Below the pieces are notes generated by a model that worked only from the letters and a program-made list of their open reading frames with translations, had not been told where the DNA came from and made no database searches. Of a stretch of DNA of 64,000 nucleotides, positions 10,241-18,814 are shown in pieces. The stretch comes from Bdellovibrionales bacterium (lineage in GTDB: Bacteria; Bdellovibrionota; Bdellovibrionia; Bdellovibrionales; CAYMLA01): assembly GCA_965217115.1 (NCBI GenBank), contig OZ244239.1, positions 2,106,532 to 2,170,531 on the forward strand. The letters run 5' to 3'. The position numbers were made by a program, and so were the translations under genes. Every line of letters begins with the position of its first letter. Position 1 is the stretch's first letter.

Positions 10241-11338
10241 ATGATGGATGGAAAGGTTTTTTTTCTGATAGCGATAGCTCTGGTCTCTTTTAAAAGTCAT
10301 GTCTCTCTTGGAGGTATTGATGACTATGGAGAGGTGGATGCTTATTTTAGACGAATTCAAAGGGAGGCGGATGTTGAAGATGCAAAAACTCTCACTCCCC
10401 AGGAGCGTTACCAGGAGAGATTAATTGTTTTTACGAGGGGAGAGCCCGCAGATTTTGATTCTGAGGGTTATCTTGAATTAGGGGCATTAACAGGTCAAAA
10501 GACTGTTTTCAGACAGAGTGGTGGCTTTGTCGGTGGCGGCGGTGGCTCTGGTGTTTTGAGAGGTGAGGATTTTGATTTTCTAGATTTGGTTCAATTTGAT
10601 GGAAATTTTCACGATGTTAAACAGAGTCATGGAAGGCATTCTTTAAACATTGATTTAGTTTCTAAGACAGAGGGCAGTAAAGGTTCTGCCAGAAAAACTC
10701 TCAAGTTACCTCTCTATGATAACTCTGGGTTATCTAAAAAAACATTGTCAGTGCAAGTGGAGTCTGATGTTGGAGGTCGAGGGCGAGAGCTTCAGAGACT
10801 CTTTAAGAAGAGTGATCCGTTTGTCCATGCAGAGAAGGTGCTTAATTCCTTTAGTATTGCATTGGCAGTTCCATCGCTTTTATTGGGGAACATCTCTTGG
10901 CATTTCACTTCTGAAGAGCCTCGAAATGGGAGAAGGTTCAATCCGAAGGGGTTGAAAGTTGATGCTTTAGAAACGGTGGGTTATCTTCACTCTGTTCCAG
11001 TGAACGGAAAAAAGAGAACATTTGTCGTTATTTCAGTTCCCCGTTGGAACAGACTTGGTTTTTTTGGGCAGGTTGGGATGATAGTTCATGAGGCGCTGCG
11101 GGTTTATCAACTCTCATCTTCCCATCCAGATCAGAAACATCATTTTTCAGAAGATTCATTACAGAGAGCCACTTCTCTGGCGACTCTGTGTCATCCAAAC
11201 AGTGAAGGTCTTCGCTATTACCTATTAGCTCTTCTGTCTACTTACAATGGATACCACGGGGGAGTGGATGGACTGGGAGTAGGTGTCACCCATGGAAAAG
11301 TCAGAGAATCTTGCCAGAGAGTTGATAGAGAAAATTAA
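10241..11338 (+). CDS. Secreted hypothetical protein (GGGG...FLD and WNR...HE motifs; probable relative of 35000-36010)
   Basis: ORF track 10127-11338; start at ATG 10241/10244 preferred because it follows a purine run and gives a signal peptide; motif VHEALR. Confidence 0.7.
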   Translation: MMDGKVFFLIAIALVSFKSHVSLGGIDDYGEVDAYFRRIQREADVEDAKTLTPQERYQERLIVFTRGEPADFDSEGYLELGALTGQKTVFRQSGGFVGGGGGSGVLRGEDFDFLDLVQFDGNFHDVKQSHGRHSLNIDLVSKTEGSKGSARKTLKLPLYDNSGLSKKTLSVQVESDVGGRGRELQRLFKKSDPFVHAEKVLNSFSIALAVPSLLLGNISWHFTSEEPRNGRRFNPKGLKVDALETVGYLHSVPVNGKKRTFVVISVPRWNRLGFFGQVGMIVHEALRVYQLSSSHPDQKHHFSEDSLQRATSLATLCHPNSEGLRYYLLALLSTYNGYHGGVDGLGVGVTHGKVRESCQRVDREN

Positions 11339-12159
11339 GTCCAAGGAAACAGGTCAATACTCAGTTGATAAACCTCTGTTGGGTTTGACGTTGTGGTGAC
11401 TTCCCTCTCAATCTCTTTTAAAACATTTAAAAACTTATTTCTGATTGAGTCAAAATTCTCTTGAGTTCCATTAAAGAGAACAGAGAGAGCATACTTTTGA
11501 TTCTTCGTTAAACCATCAATTCTTGAGAAGGCATTTGTTTTCATTAAAGAGTGGTACGCGTGTGTGATTGATGAGTCCTTGGAGAGAAAAAAATGGTTCT
11601 TAACAATAGAGAGCTTAGGGCCGTTTCTCTTGATAAGGTTCATTGCTTCCAGGCGGGCGAGGAAGACTTCATACTGTTGGGATGAGATATTGAGCAGGTT
11701 AAGAATTAAGCTCTGATCTTCTTTGAAGGATTTTATTCCTAGAAGGAGATGTATTAATTGAAGCTGGGGGGAGAGAAAGTACTGTTCGGAGAGGGAACTT
11801 TTGGAGTTAATAATATCTGCACTGAGATGGTCTTCAGTTCTCAATTTCTTCTCTCTAAAAGCTCTGATGGATTCTTTGAGTCTCCGTCTTCGATGGGGTA
11901 AGGAACTTCTCTGGTATTTAAAGAGCAATTCAATGAATTCAATCTCATCCCCGTTAAATTCTAGGTACTCGACAAGCAAGAAGAGCTGATCCCCACTCAG
12001 ATGGGACTCCTCTTTAAAAACCTTTGAGAGATAGGAGCTTTGGATGTGGCATTTCTTTGCGATCGTTCCAAAATTAAACTCAAGCCCCCTGCCCCTCTTG
12101 AGCTGAGAGGCCTGGCGGTGAAGGACTTTTCTGTAGTCATTCGTGCTGAATATATCCAT
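11335..12159 (-). CDS. TIGR02147 / DUF4423 family HTH regulator-like protein
   Basis: MDIF..DYR start, HTH IQSSYLSKVF, C-terminal EVYQLSIDLFP. Confidence 0.85.
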   Translation of the reverse strand: MDIFSTNDYRKVLHRQASQLKRGRGLEFNFGTIAKKCHIQSSYLSKVFKEESHLSGDQLFLLVEYLEFNGDEIEFIELLFKYQRSSLPHRRRRLKESIRAFREKKLRTEDHLSADIINSKSSLSEQYFLSPQLQLIHLLLGIKSFKEDQSLILNLLNISSQQYEVFLARLEAMNLIKRNGPKLSIVKNHFFLSKDSSITHAYHSLMKTNAFSRIDGLTKNQKYALSVLFNGTQENFDSIRNKFLNVLKEIEREVTTTSNPTEVYQLSIDLFPWT

Positions 12160-12308
12160 AATTTATATAATACATGAATATCTCCATTTAAATAGTGAAA
12201 TTATTAAATTTCCTATAATAAATTAATAAATTAATAAATAGACAGGGATAATTGCCGGTGCTACGTGTGTTTACAGAATGTAACAAAACTAGAACGGGGG
12301 GATAAAAA

Positions 12309-12746
12309 ATGAAAAAGTTAATACTGTGTCTGTGTCTTTTAGGAATAGCCAGTCCATCGATGGCCATTGATTTCGATGGTGTTTGGGATGATATTTCCGA
12401 TATAAGAAGATGTGAGAAAAAGGTTGAGGAACGGGATAATCAGATAAAGGAACAGAAGAGACACATAAGAAAAATAACAAGAAAGCTAAGAAGATCAGAG
12501 AGACAAGTGGACGAACTAAATAGAGAGATAGAAGAAAAAGACGCCATCATAAGAGATCTCCGTAGAGGCGAAGGTGTCGTTATGCACATCTGTTCATCGG
12601 AGGCTTACTATGACGGACCCTATGTGGGAAGAGCCCGAACTAAAACTGAAGCAGAAGCAAAATCCATGGGAGACTGTAGAAGAACAAGCGAAAATAAACA
12701 TTGGTGCAAAATCATTTCCTGCGAAAAATACACCGAGGGAAGTTAG
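12309..12746 (+). CDS. Secreted hypothetical protein (coiled coil + Cys-containing C-terminal domain)
   Basis: Signal MKKLILCLCLLGIASPSMA; GGGGGG RBS. Confidence 0.8.
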   Translation: MKKLILCLCLLGIASPSMAIDFDGVWDDISDIRRCEKKVEERDNQIKEQKRHIRKITRKLRRSERQVDELNREIEEKDAIIRDLRRGEGVVMHICSSEAYYDGPYVGRARTKTEAEAKSMGDCRRTSENKHWCKIISCEKYTEGS

Positions 12747-12796
12747 TTAGGATTTAATTTTTTAGTTAGGATTTATTTTATTTTAGTCGTGCTGCA

Positions 12797-12824
12797 AAGG
12801 CCACTCTAGGGAGTGGTCTTTTTT
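12797..12824 (+). terminator. Intrinsic terminator (second copy at ~13792-13819)
   Basis: aaggccactc-tagg-gagtggtctt hairpin followed by a T-tract, after both paralogs. Confidence 0.75.
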
Positions 12825-12871
12825 GATTCTTTATGACAAACATATGACAAACAAAACAATAGTGGAGTCAG

Positions 12872-13023
12872 TTTTTTTCTAGAGTCTCTCCCAAAAGAAT
12901 CCAGCCCTTTTCTTGCTCAAACATCCGTTTGTCACCTTCCATTGCAGAGAAATGCAATGGAAGTCGCCAAGCCAAACTCGCCGAAAAGAACTGAATTCTT
13001 TTGGAAGAGACTCTAGAAAAAAA
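12872..13023 (-). repeat. Long inverted repeat / candidate structured RNA
   Basis: 41-bp arms 12872-12912 and 12983-13023 (37/41 match) enclosing a perfect 11-bp hairpin cttccattgca-gagaaa-tgcaatggaag. Confidence 0.8.
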
Positions 13024-13368
13024 GGCCGTATTCAATCAATGGATCAATGGATCTCTTTCTATGACTGACCTCCATGTGTAACAACGCTGTTATCCATGGA
13101 TAGTTTTAGAAAGAGAGCCCTCAAGATAGGTCTCTTGGGAACAGTTCCAGTATTTATCACAAAGAACCCTTTTAAAACTCCAAACTGACAATTTACGCTA
13201 GGGGGTAGACACCTTGAAAAAGCTCAGTGACCGATAGATTGATGTCTGAGCTGCCTTCTCCATGGCATAGAATATGTACTCTAGAACCTTGAAATTAACG
13301 GTATCAATCGTATCTAGGAGAGTTGATCTCCCAAGGAAATAGAACGATACCCAATAAGGAGATAAAAA

Positions 13369-13632
13369 ATGAAAAAGCTAATACTGTGTCTGTGTTTTTT
13401 AGGAATAGCCAGTCCATCAATGGCTGGTAGGGCTGGTGATATTTTGGGTAGTACTTGGAGTAGTGGTGATAATAAAAGCGGGCATGAAGAAAAGATTAAA
13501 AAGATTAAAAAGCTGGAAAGTCAGATAGAGAAACAAAAGGGAGATATAGAAAAATTAGAGGAAAAAGTGGACAAAGTAGATGAAAGACTAGGTGCCCTCG
13601 TCAAACTCATATTCGGCTCTTCTTATAGGTAA
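13369..13632 (+). CDS. Truncated paralog of 12309-12746 (C-terminal domain decayed downstream of the stop)
   Basis: Near-identical signal peptide; non-coding 13637-13732 matches the 3' end of the first copy (gtggga..gcccgaacta, caccgagggaagttag). Confidence 0.7.
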   Translation: MKKLILCLCFLGIASPSMAGRAGDILGSTWSSGDNKSGHEEKIKKIKKLESQIEKQKGDIEKLEEKVDKVDERLGALVKLIFGSSYR

Positions 13633-14028
13633 TATTTGTGGGAAAAGCCCGAACTAGAACTATAGAAGCACAAGGGATAATACTTATTTGTGCAAGATCA
13701 CTTCCTGCAAAGACGACACCGAGGGAAGTTAGTTAGTTAGGTTTTAATTAGTTAGTTAAAGTTAAAATTTTTTTATTTTAGTCATGCTGCAAAGGCCACT
13801 CTAGGGAGTGGTCTTTTTTATTGAAGGTTGGCGCAATATGATGCTACGCATTTATGCGTGGAGCTTCCTTTAAAGGGAGTGATGTTTTTGGCGTTCGTTT
13901 CACTTATTTGTAAAACATGGGTGGGGCTGAAGTGGGTTTTAAGTCTTTGACAGGGATAAGCACCTAATATTGAATAGGTAGAGTCCCAAGAAGAGGGCCA
14001 TTTAGTTTTTTTTTACACCTAGGAAACT

Positions 14029-15588
14029 ATGAGCGAAGAAGAGAAAAGAAGACTAAAGCAACAGCTTTGGAGTATCGCCAATGAGCTGCGTGGCAGAATG
14101 GCTGCGGATGAATTTAGAGACTACATCCTGGGCTTTATTTTCTACAAATACTTATCTGAAAAAATGTTAAACTATGCCAACAATCTATTGAAGGAAGATT
14201 CCAAGACGTATCTCTCCCTTGATAATGATTCCCCTGAGAGCAAAGATTTGCTTGATGCAATTAAAGAACAGTCTGTTAGTAACCATGGTTATTTCTTAAA
14301 ACCTTCTGAGTTATTTAGTGAAATTGCCAAACGGGGGAATGGGGATGGAAATAATTTTATTCTCGATGATTTAACGCAAATCCTACGGAATATTGAGCAG
14401 AGCACAATGGGCCATGAGTCAGAGGATGATTTTGGTGATTTGTTTGAGGATATGGATTTGGCATCCACTAAATTAGGTCGAACTGAGGCTGCTAAAAACA
14501 CACTTATCGCAAAAGTGCTGTCCCACCTAGATCAAATTAATTTTGATTTAGAGAATGCCAATTCAGACGTCCTAGGTGATGCCTATGAGTATCTTATTGC
14601 TCAATTTGCAGCAGGAGCGGGCAAGAAAGCGGGTGAGTTTTACACTCCTCAGCAGGTGTCTAAAATTCTTGCCAAGATTGTAACCAATGGAAAAGCCAAA
14701 TTAAAGTCAGTGTATGATCCCACTTGTGGCTCAGGCTCTTTGCTATTGCGTGTGTCTAAGGAAACCGAAGTCTCTAGCTTTTATGGCCAAGAACTAAATC
14801 GCACGACTTATAACTTGGCTCGAATGAATATGATTTTACACAACATCCATTCCCGTGACTTTAACCTTAAGCAAGAAGACACCCTTGAACACCCTCAACA
14901 TATTGATGAGCGGTTTGAGGCGGTGGTGGCCAACCCCCCTTTCTCAGCTGATTGGAGTGCAAACCCTCTTCATATGAATGATGATCGGTTTTCGCAATAT
15001 GGTAAGCTGGCCCCGAAGACAAAAGCTGACTTTGCTTTTGTTCAACACATGATTCACAGTCTTGATGAGAATGGAACAATGGCTGTGGTATTGCCCCATG
15101 GGGTGTTATTTCGTGGGGCATCAGAGGGTCATATTAGGAGATTTTTAATTGAAGATAGAAACTTCCTTGATGCAGTCATTGGTTTACCTGCGAATATTTT
15201 TTATGGGACAAGCATCCCCACTTGTCTCTTGGTTTTTAAAAAATGCCGTGAGGATAGTGGGAACGTTTTATTTATTGATGCCAGCAATGAATTTACTAAA
15301 GAGAAAAATCAAAATATTCTCACCGATGGGAACGTCAACAAAATCATGGAGACCTTTAAAAATAGAAAGGCCATAGAAAAATACTCCTACTTGGCCCCAT
15401 TAAGCGAAATTGAGGAAAACGGTTACAATCTAAACATCCCAAGGTATGTAGACACCTTTGAAGAGGAGAAGCCCATAGACCTTGGAGCTGTCTCTAAAGA
15501 TTTAAAAAGTCTAAATAAAGAAATGGAAGCCACAGATAAAGAGATCACCAAGTTTTGTGATGAGTTGGGTATTGCCACACCGTTTTAA
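14029..15588 (+). CDS. hsdM: Type I restriction-modification methyltransferase subunit
   Basis: LWSIANELRG, GEFYTP, YDPTCGSGSLL, NPPF, YNLNIPRY. Confidence 0.97.
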   Translation: MSEEEKRRLKQQLWSIANELRGRMAADEFRDYILGFIFYKYLSEKMLNYANNLLKEDSKTYLSLDNDSPESKDLLDAIKEQSVSNHGYFLKPSELFSEIAKRGNGDGNNFILDDLTQILRNIEQSTMGHESEDDFGDLFEDMDLASTKLGRTEAAKNTLIAKVLSHLDQINFDLENANSDVLGDAYEYLIAQFAAGAGKKAGEFYTPQQVSKILAKIVTNGKAKLKSVYDPTCGSGSLLLRVSKETEVSSFYGQELNRTTYNLARMNMILHNIHSRDFNLKQEDTLEHPQHIDERFEAVVANPPFSADWSANPLHMNDDRFSQYGKLAPKTKADFAFVQHMIHSLDENGTMAVVLPHGVLFRGASEGHIRRFLIEDRNFLDAVIGLPANIFYGTSIPTCLLVFKKCREDSGNVLFIDASNEFTKEKNQNILTDGNVNKIMETFKNRKAIEKYSYLAPLSEIEENGYNLNIPRYVDTFEEEKPIDLGAVSKDLKSLNKEMEATDKEITKFCDELGIATPF

Positions 15589-15599
15589 AGGGGGGAGAG

Positions 15600-16016
15600 A
15601 TGGATAATGAAGAATTAGATTTAACATCTTTCTCTAGAGCAGTTGAGACGTTTAGGGTGGCACTCGATGAATACACAAAAGATGAAATCAATGATTTCGT
15701 CCGCGATGCTTGTATTCAGCGGTTTAAGTATTGTTATGATTCGTCAAAAAAGATAATAAAGCGTTATTTAAAAGGGGTTGTCGATGACCCTATGGAACTT
15801 GAGAGCATAGGTTTAGCAAACTTAATTAGAGATGCTTATACAAGAGGCTTAGTTAAACATAGTTGGGATGTCTGGGATACGTACCGACTCAATCGCAATG
15901 CCACTTCCCATGGGTATGATGAGGCAACGGCCATCGGAATTGTTGAGGCATTGCCAGCCTTCTACCAAGAGGTCTTATTTTTATTAGAAAGGTTAGGCTC
16001 AAAAAATGAAACTTAA
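15600..16016 (+). CDS. HEPN-domain toxin (HI0074 / HepT-like nucleotidyltransferase substrate-binding protein)
   Basis: RDACIQRF motif; RNATSHGY = RX4HXY; overlaps the next gene by 11 bp. Confidence 0.88.
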   Translation: MDNEELDLTSFSRAVETFRVALDEYTKDEINDFVRDACIQRFKYCYDSSKKIIKRYLKGVVDDPMELESIGLANLIRDAYTRGLVKHSWDVWDTYRLNRNATSHGYDEATAIGIVEALPAFYQEVLFLLERLGSKNET

Positions 16017-17571
16017 ATTTGATGTCACCCCTGAAGAATTCTCCATAATAAGAGATATTTTAGAGAAGAATCTTTCCAGTCATTGCAAGGTTTGGGTATT
16101 TGGCAGTCGCGCTAAAGGCAGTGCCTTATTTAACTCGGATTTGGATGTGGCATTAGAGTGTAAAACTAAAATAGCACAAAAATTTTTAATACAATTAAAA
16201 ACAGATTTTGAAGAGTCAAGACTTCCATATAAGGTGGATGTTTTAGATATAAAGAGTGTCGAACCTTATTTTAAAGAGATCATTGATAAGCAGAAAACCC
16301 CTTTTCCCCTTGAAATAAAAAATAAAGTGCCAAAATTAAGGTTTAAGGAGTTTAGTGGGGAGTGGGAAGAAAAGAAGTATGGTGAGATGTACTCTTTTTT
16401 CACAACTAATTCACTTTCAAGAGAAAACTTAAATTATGAATATGGTAAAGTAAAAAACATTCATTATGGTGACATACATACGAAATTTACAACACTCTTT
16501 GATCTTGAAAAAGAGCAAGTCCCTTTTGTGAATAAAGGGGTAGATATTTCAAAGATAAAATCTGAAAGTTATTGTTTGGAAGGTGATTTGGTAATTGCTG
16601 ATGCTTCGGAAGATTATTTAGCTATCGGAAAAACTATTGAGATAATAAATTTGAATGGTGAAAAAGTAATAGCAGGGCTACATACCTTTTTAGCAAGGCC
16701 CAATAAGCACAAGATAGCATTGGGTTATATTAGCTATTTCCTACAGTCTTGGAAATTTAGAAAACAAATAATGACAATTGCTCAAGGTTCAAAAGTTTTA
16801 AGTATTTCTATACCAAGACTTTCTGCAACAAAACTAACCCTACCAACCAAACCAGAACAACAAAAAATCGCCTCATTCCTAACAGCAGTGGACAGAAAAA
16901 TAGCCCACCTAAATAAAAAGAAATCCTTACTTGAGAGTTATAAAAAAGGCCTAATGCAAAAAATATTCTCACAAACCATCCGCTTCAAAACCAACGACGG
17001 CAACAATTTCCCCGATTGGGAAGAAAAGAGGTTGGGGGATACATCAGAAATAGTTGGGGGAGGCACGCCTCCAACGGGTATTAAGAAATATTGGGATGGT
17101 GATATCCAATGGTTTACACCTACAGAAATCAAGAACAAGTATGTATGTAACAGCAATCGAACTATTACGCGGGCTGGGCTAGACGCATCCTCGGCAAAGT
17201 TACTGCCCAAGGGGACTCTACTTTTTTCTAGTAGGGCTACTATTGGTGAGGTGGGAATAGCGACCCAGGAATGTACAACTAATCAAGGTTTTCAGTCCTT
17301 CATTGTTAATCAAAATCATGAGCCTGAATTTTTATATAACTGGATACTCCAAAATAAGAAGAAATTTATTAAAGGAGCTTCAGGTTCTACTTTCCTAGAA
17401 ATCGGAAAGAATGAAATTAAAAGAATAGAATTAAACTTACCAATAAAACCAGAACAACAAAAAATTGCTTCATTCCTAACAGCAGTGGACAGAAAAATTG
17501 AACAATTGAATGAAAAGCAAAAATTATTTGGTGAATTTAAAAAAGCACTCCTCCAACAGATGTTTGTATAA
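16006..17571 (+). CDS. hsdS: Fusion: N-terminal MNT nucleotidyltransferase (MntA-like, ~100 aa) + type I specificity subunit HsdS
   Basis: VFGSRAKGSALFNSDLD = GSX10DXD, LPYKVDV; then VPKLRF..EW, two TRDs, repeated P.KPEQQKIASFLTAVDRKI, terminal KKALLQQMF. Confidence 0.92.
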   Translation: MKLKFDVTPEEFSIIRDILEKNLSSHCKVWVFGSRAKGSALFNSDLDVALECKTKIAQKFLIQLKTDFEESRLPYKVDVLDIKSVEPYFKEIIDKQKTPFPLEIKNKVPKLRFKEFSGEWEEKKYGEMYSFFTTNSLSRENLNYEYGKVKNIHYGDIHTKFTTLFDLEKEQVPFVNKGVDISKIKSESYCLEGDLVIADASEDYLAIGKTIEIINLNGEKVIAGLHTFLARPNKHKIALGYISYFLQSWKFRKQIMTIAQGSKVLSISIPRLSATKLTLPTKPEQQKIASFLTAVDRKIAHLNKKKSLLESYKKGLMQKIFSQTIRFKTNDGNNFPDWEEKRLGDTSEIVGGGTPPTGIKKYWDGDIQWFTPTEIKNKYVCNSNRTITRAGLDASSAKLLPKGTLLFSSRATIGEVGIATQECTTNQGFQSFIVNQNHEPEFLYNWILQNKKKFIKGASGSTFLEIGKNEIKRIELNLPIKPEQQKIASFLTAVDRKIEQLNEKQKLFGEFKKALLQQMFV

Positions 17572-17580
17572 AGGCTGGTA

Positions 17581-18138
17581 ATGAATATGGAAAGATGTAG
17601 AAAGTGGTTAAAGTTTTTTGGGATCGGACTTATATCCCTTGTGTTAATTTACTTTCTCTGGATTTCTCTCATAGAATTATGGTGCATATTCTCCTTAGGC
17701 GATAAAGATATTAAATCTACGATAATAGGTATATTTGTCACTGCCGTTGTTTCTTTAACAGGTATTCTTATCTCTAAAAAATTAGATAGAAAAAATCAAG
17801 AACAAAAAGATCTAAGAGACCTTAGGACCCCATCCTATGAAGAGTTTATTTCTTTTGTGTTTAAAGCAATGTTTTCTGTAAAAAAAGGCAGGAAACCTAT
17901 GGGTGTAGGGGAAATTAATAAAGAAATGGAAAGGTTGACCCCGTTACTTATAGCGCAAGCCTCTGAAAAAGTTCTCCTTGCGTATGAAAGATTCAGAGAA
18001 GAAGAAGATGATGAGATTGAAAGAATAAATACTATATTAAAGTTAGTTTTAATAATGAGGGAAGATTTAGGCTACACAAATAAAGGTATTTCTATTGAGA
18101 CCCTCAAAAATATTTTTATAATAAAAGAGAGCGATTAA
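17581..18138 (+). CDS. Hypothetical membrane protein (2 N-terminal TM segments) inside the type I R-M operon
   Basis: 185-aa ORF with two hydrophobic stretches, co-oriented between hsdS and hsdR. Confidence 0.75.
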   Translation: MNMERCRKWLKFFGIGLISLVLIYFLWISLIELWCIFSLGDKDIKSTIIGIFVTAVVSLTGILISKKLDRKNQEQKDLRDLRTPSYEEFISFVFKAMFSVKKGRKPMGVGEINKEMERLTPLLIAQASEKVLLAYERFREEEDDEIERINTILKLVLIMREDLGYTNKGISIETLKNIFIIKESD

Positions 18139-18160
18139 AAGACACTTAATAGAGAGACCT

Positions 18161-18814
18161 ATGGATTCTTTTAAGAAGTTAATAAATGAAAATTCAATAT
18201 ATTTTGAGAAGATGGAGTATTATTTTGCGATCGCCCAAGAAGCTGAAGTAAATTTGAGAGACAACCCTGATATTTCGATAGAAAGCTGTAAATCACTTAT
18301 AGAAGGAGTCTCGAAGTATATTCTTAGTGTGTTATTAGCTGAAAATTATAATGATAACACTATTTCAAGAAAGAAGTTTAAAGCCATAGTAAATACCATG
18401 TTAAAAGAGGTGGCTAAACGCAGAGGAGCCATTGATGACAACCATTTTATATCCCAATGCTTGGAGTTTGTAGGGATTTTAGGTAAAACTAGAAATGACA
18501 GGGGAGACATTTGCCATGGAAGATGCTCTCCTAAGGAAGAAGTGAGTTCTCCTGAACTAGCAAAGCTTGTTTTCAGTATGACTGATGCTGTGTTGTCATA
18601 TATACTAGATATTTTTTTTCAAATAGAGGACCCTCGAATCAAAGAAGAAGAATCTTACGATCATGAATCTCTTAGGGATTTCAATGATTATTTAGATGAA
18701 GAAAATCCGTTGGATGATGGCATAAGCTATAGTAAAGCTATTTTTTATCAAGACCCCATAGCGTATAAAGTAAAATATGATAATTTCTTAGACAATCAAG
18801 AGGCCAATCAATGA
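18161..18814 (+). CDS. Abortive-infection family protein (Abi_C, HEPN-like)
   Basis: SIESCKSLIEGVSKYIL and RNDRGDICHG motifs; ATGA overlap with hsdR. Confidence 0.72.
   Translation: MDSFKKLINENSIYFEKMEYYFAIAQEAEVNLRDNPDISIESCKSLIEGVSKYILSVLLAENYNDNTISRKKFKAIVNTMLKEVAKRRGAIDDNHFISQCLEFVGILGKTRNDRGDICHGRCSPKEEVSSPELAKLVFSMTDAVLSYILDIFFQIEDPRIKEEESYDHESLRDFNDYLDEENPLDDGISYSKAIFYQDPIAYKVKYDNFLDNQEANQ

Noticed and set aside
9935..14028. att duplicate of the tRNA-Gly 3' end at the left island border
   Set aside because: No TGGAGCGGG-type copy found by eye.
16848..17500. ~53-bp direct repeats in hsdS as a phase-variable shufflon
   Set aside because: They are the normal conserved regions of a two-TRD HsdS, in direct orientation; no invertase or silent hsdS copy is present.
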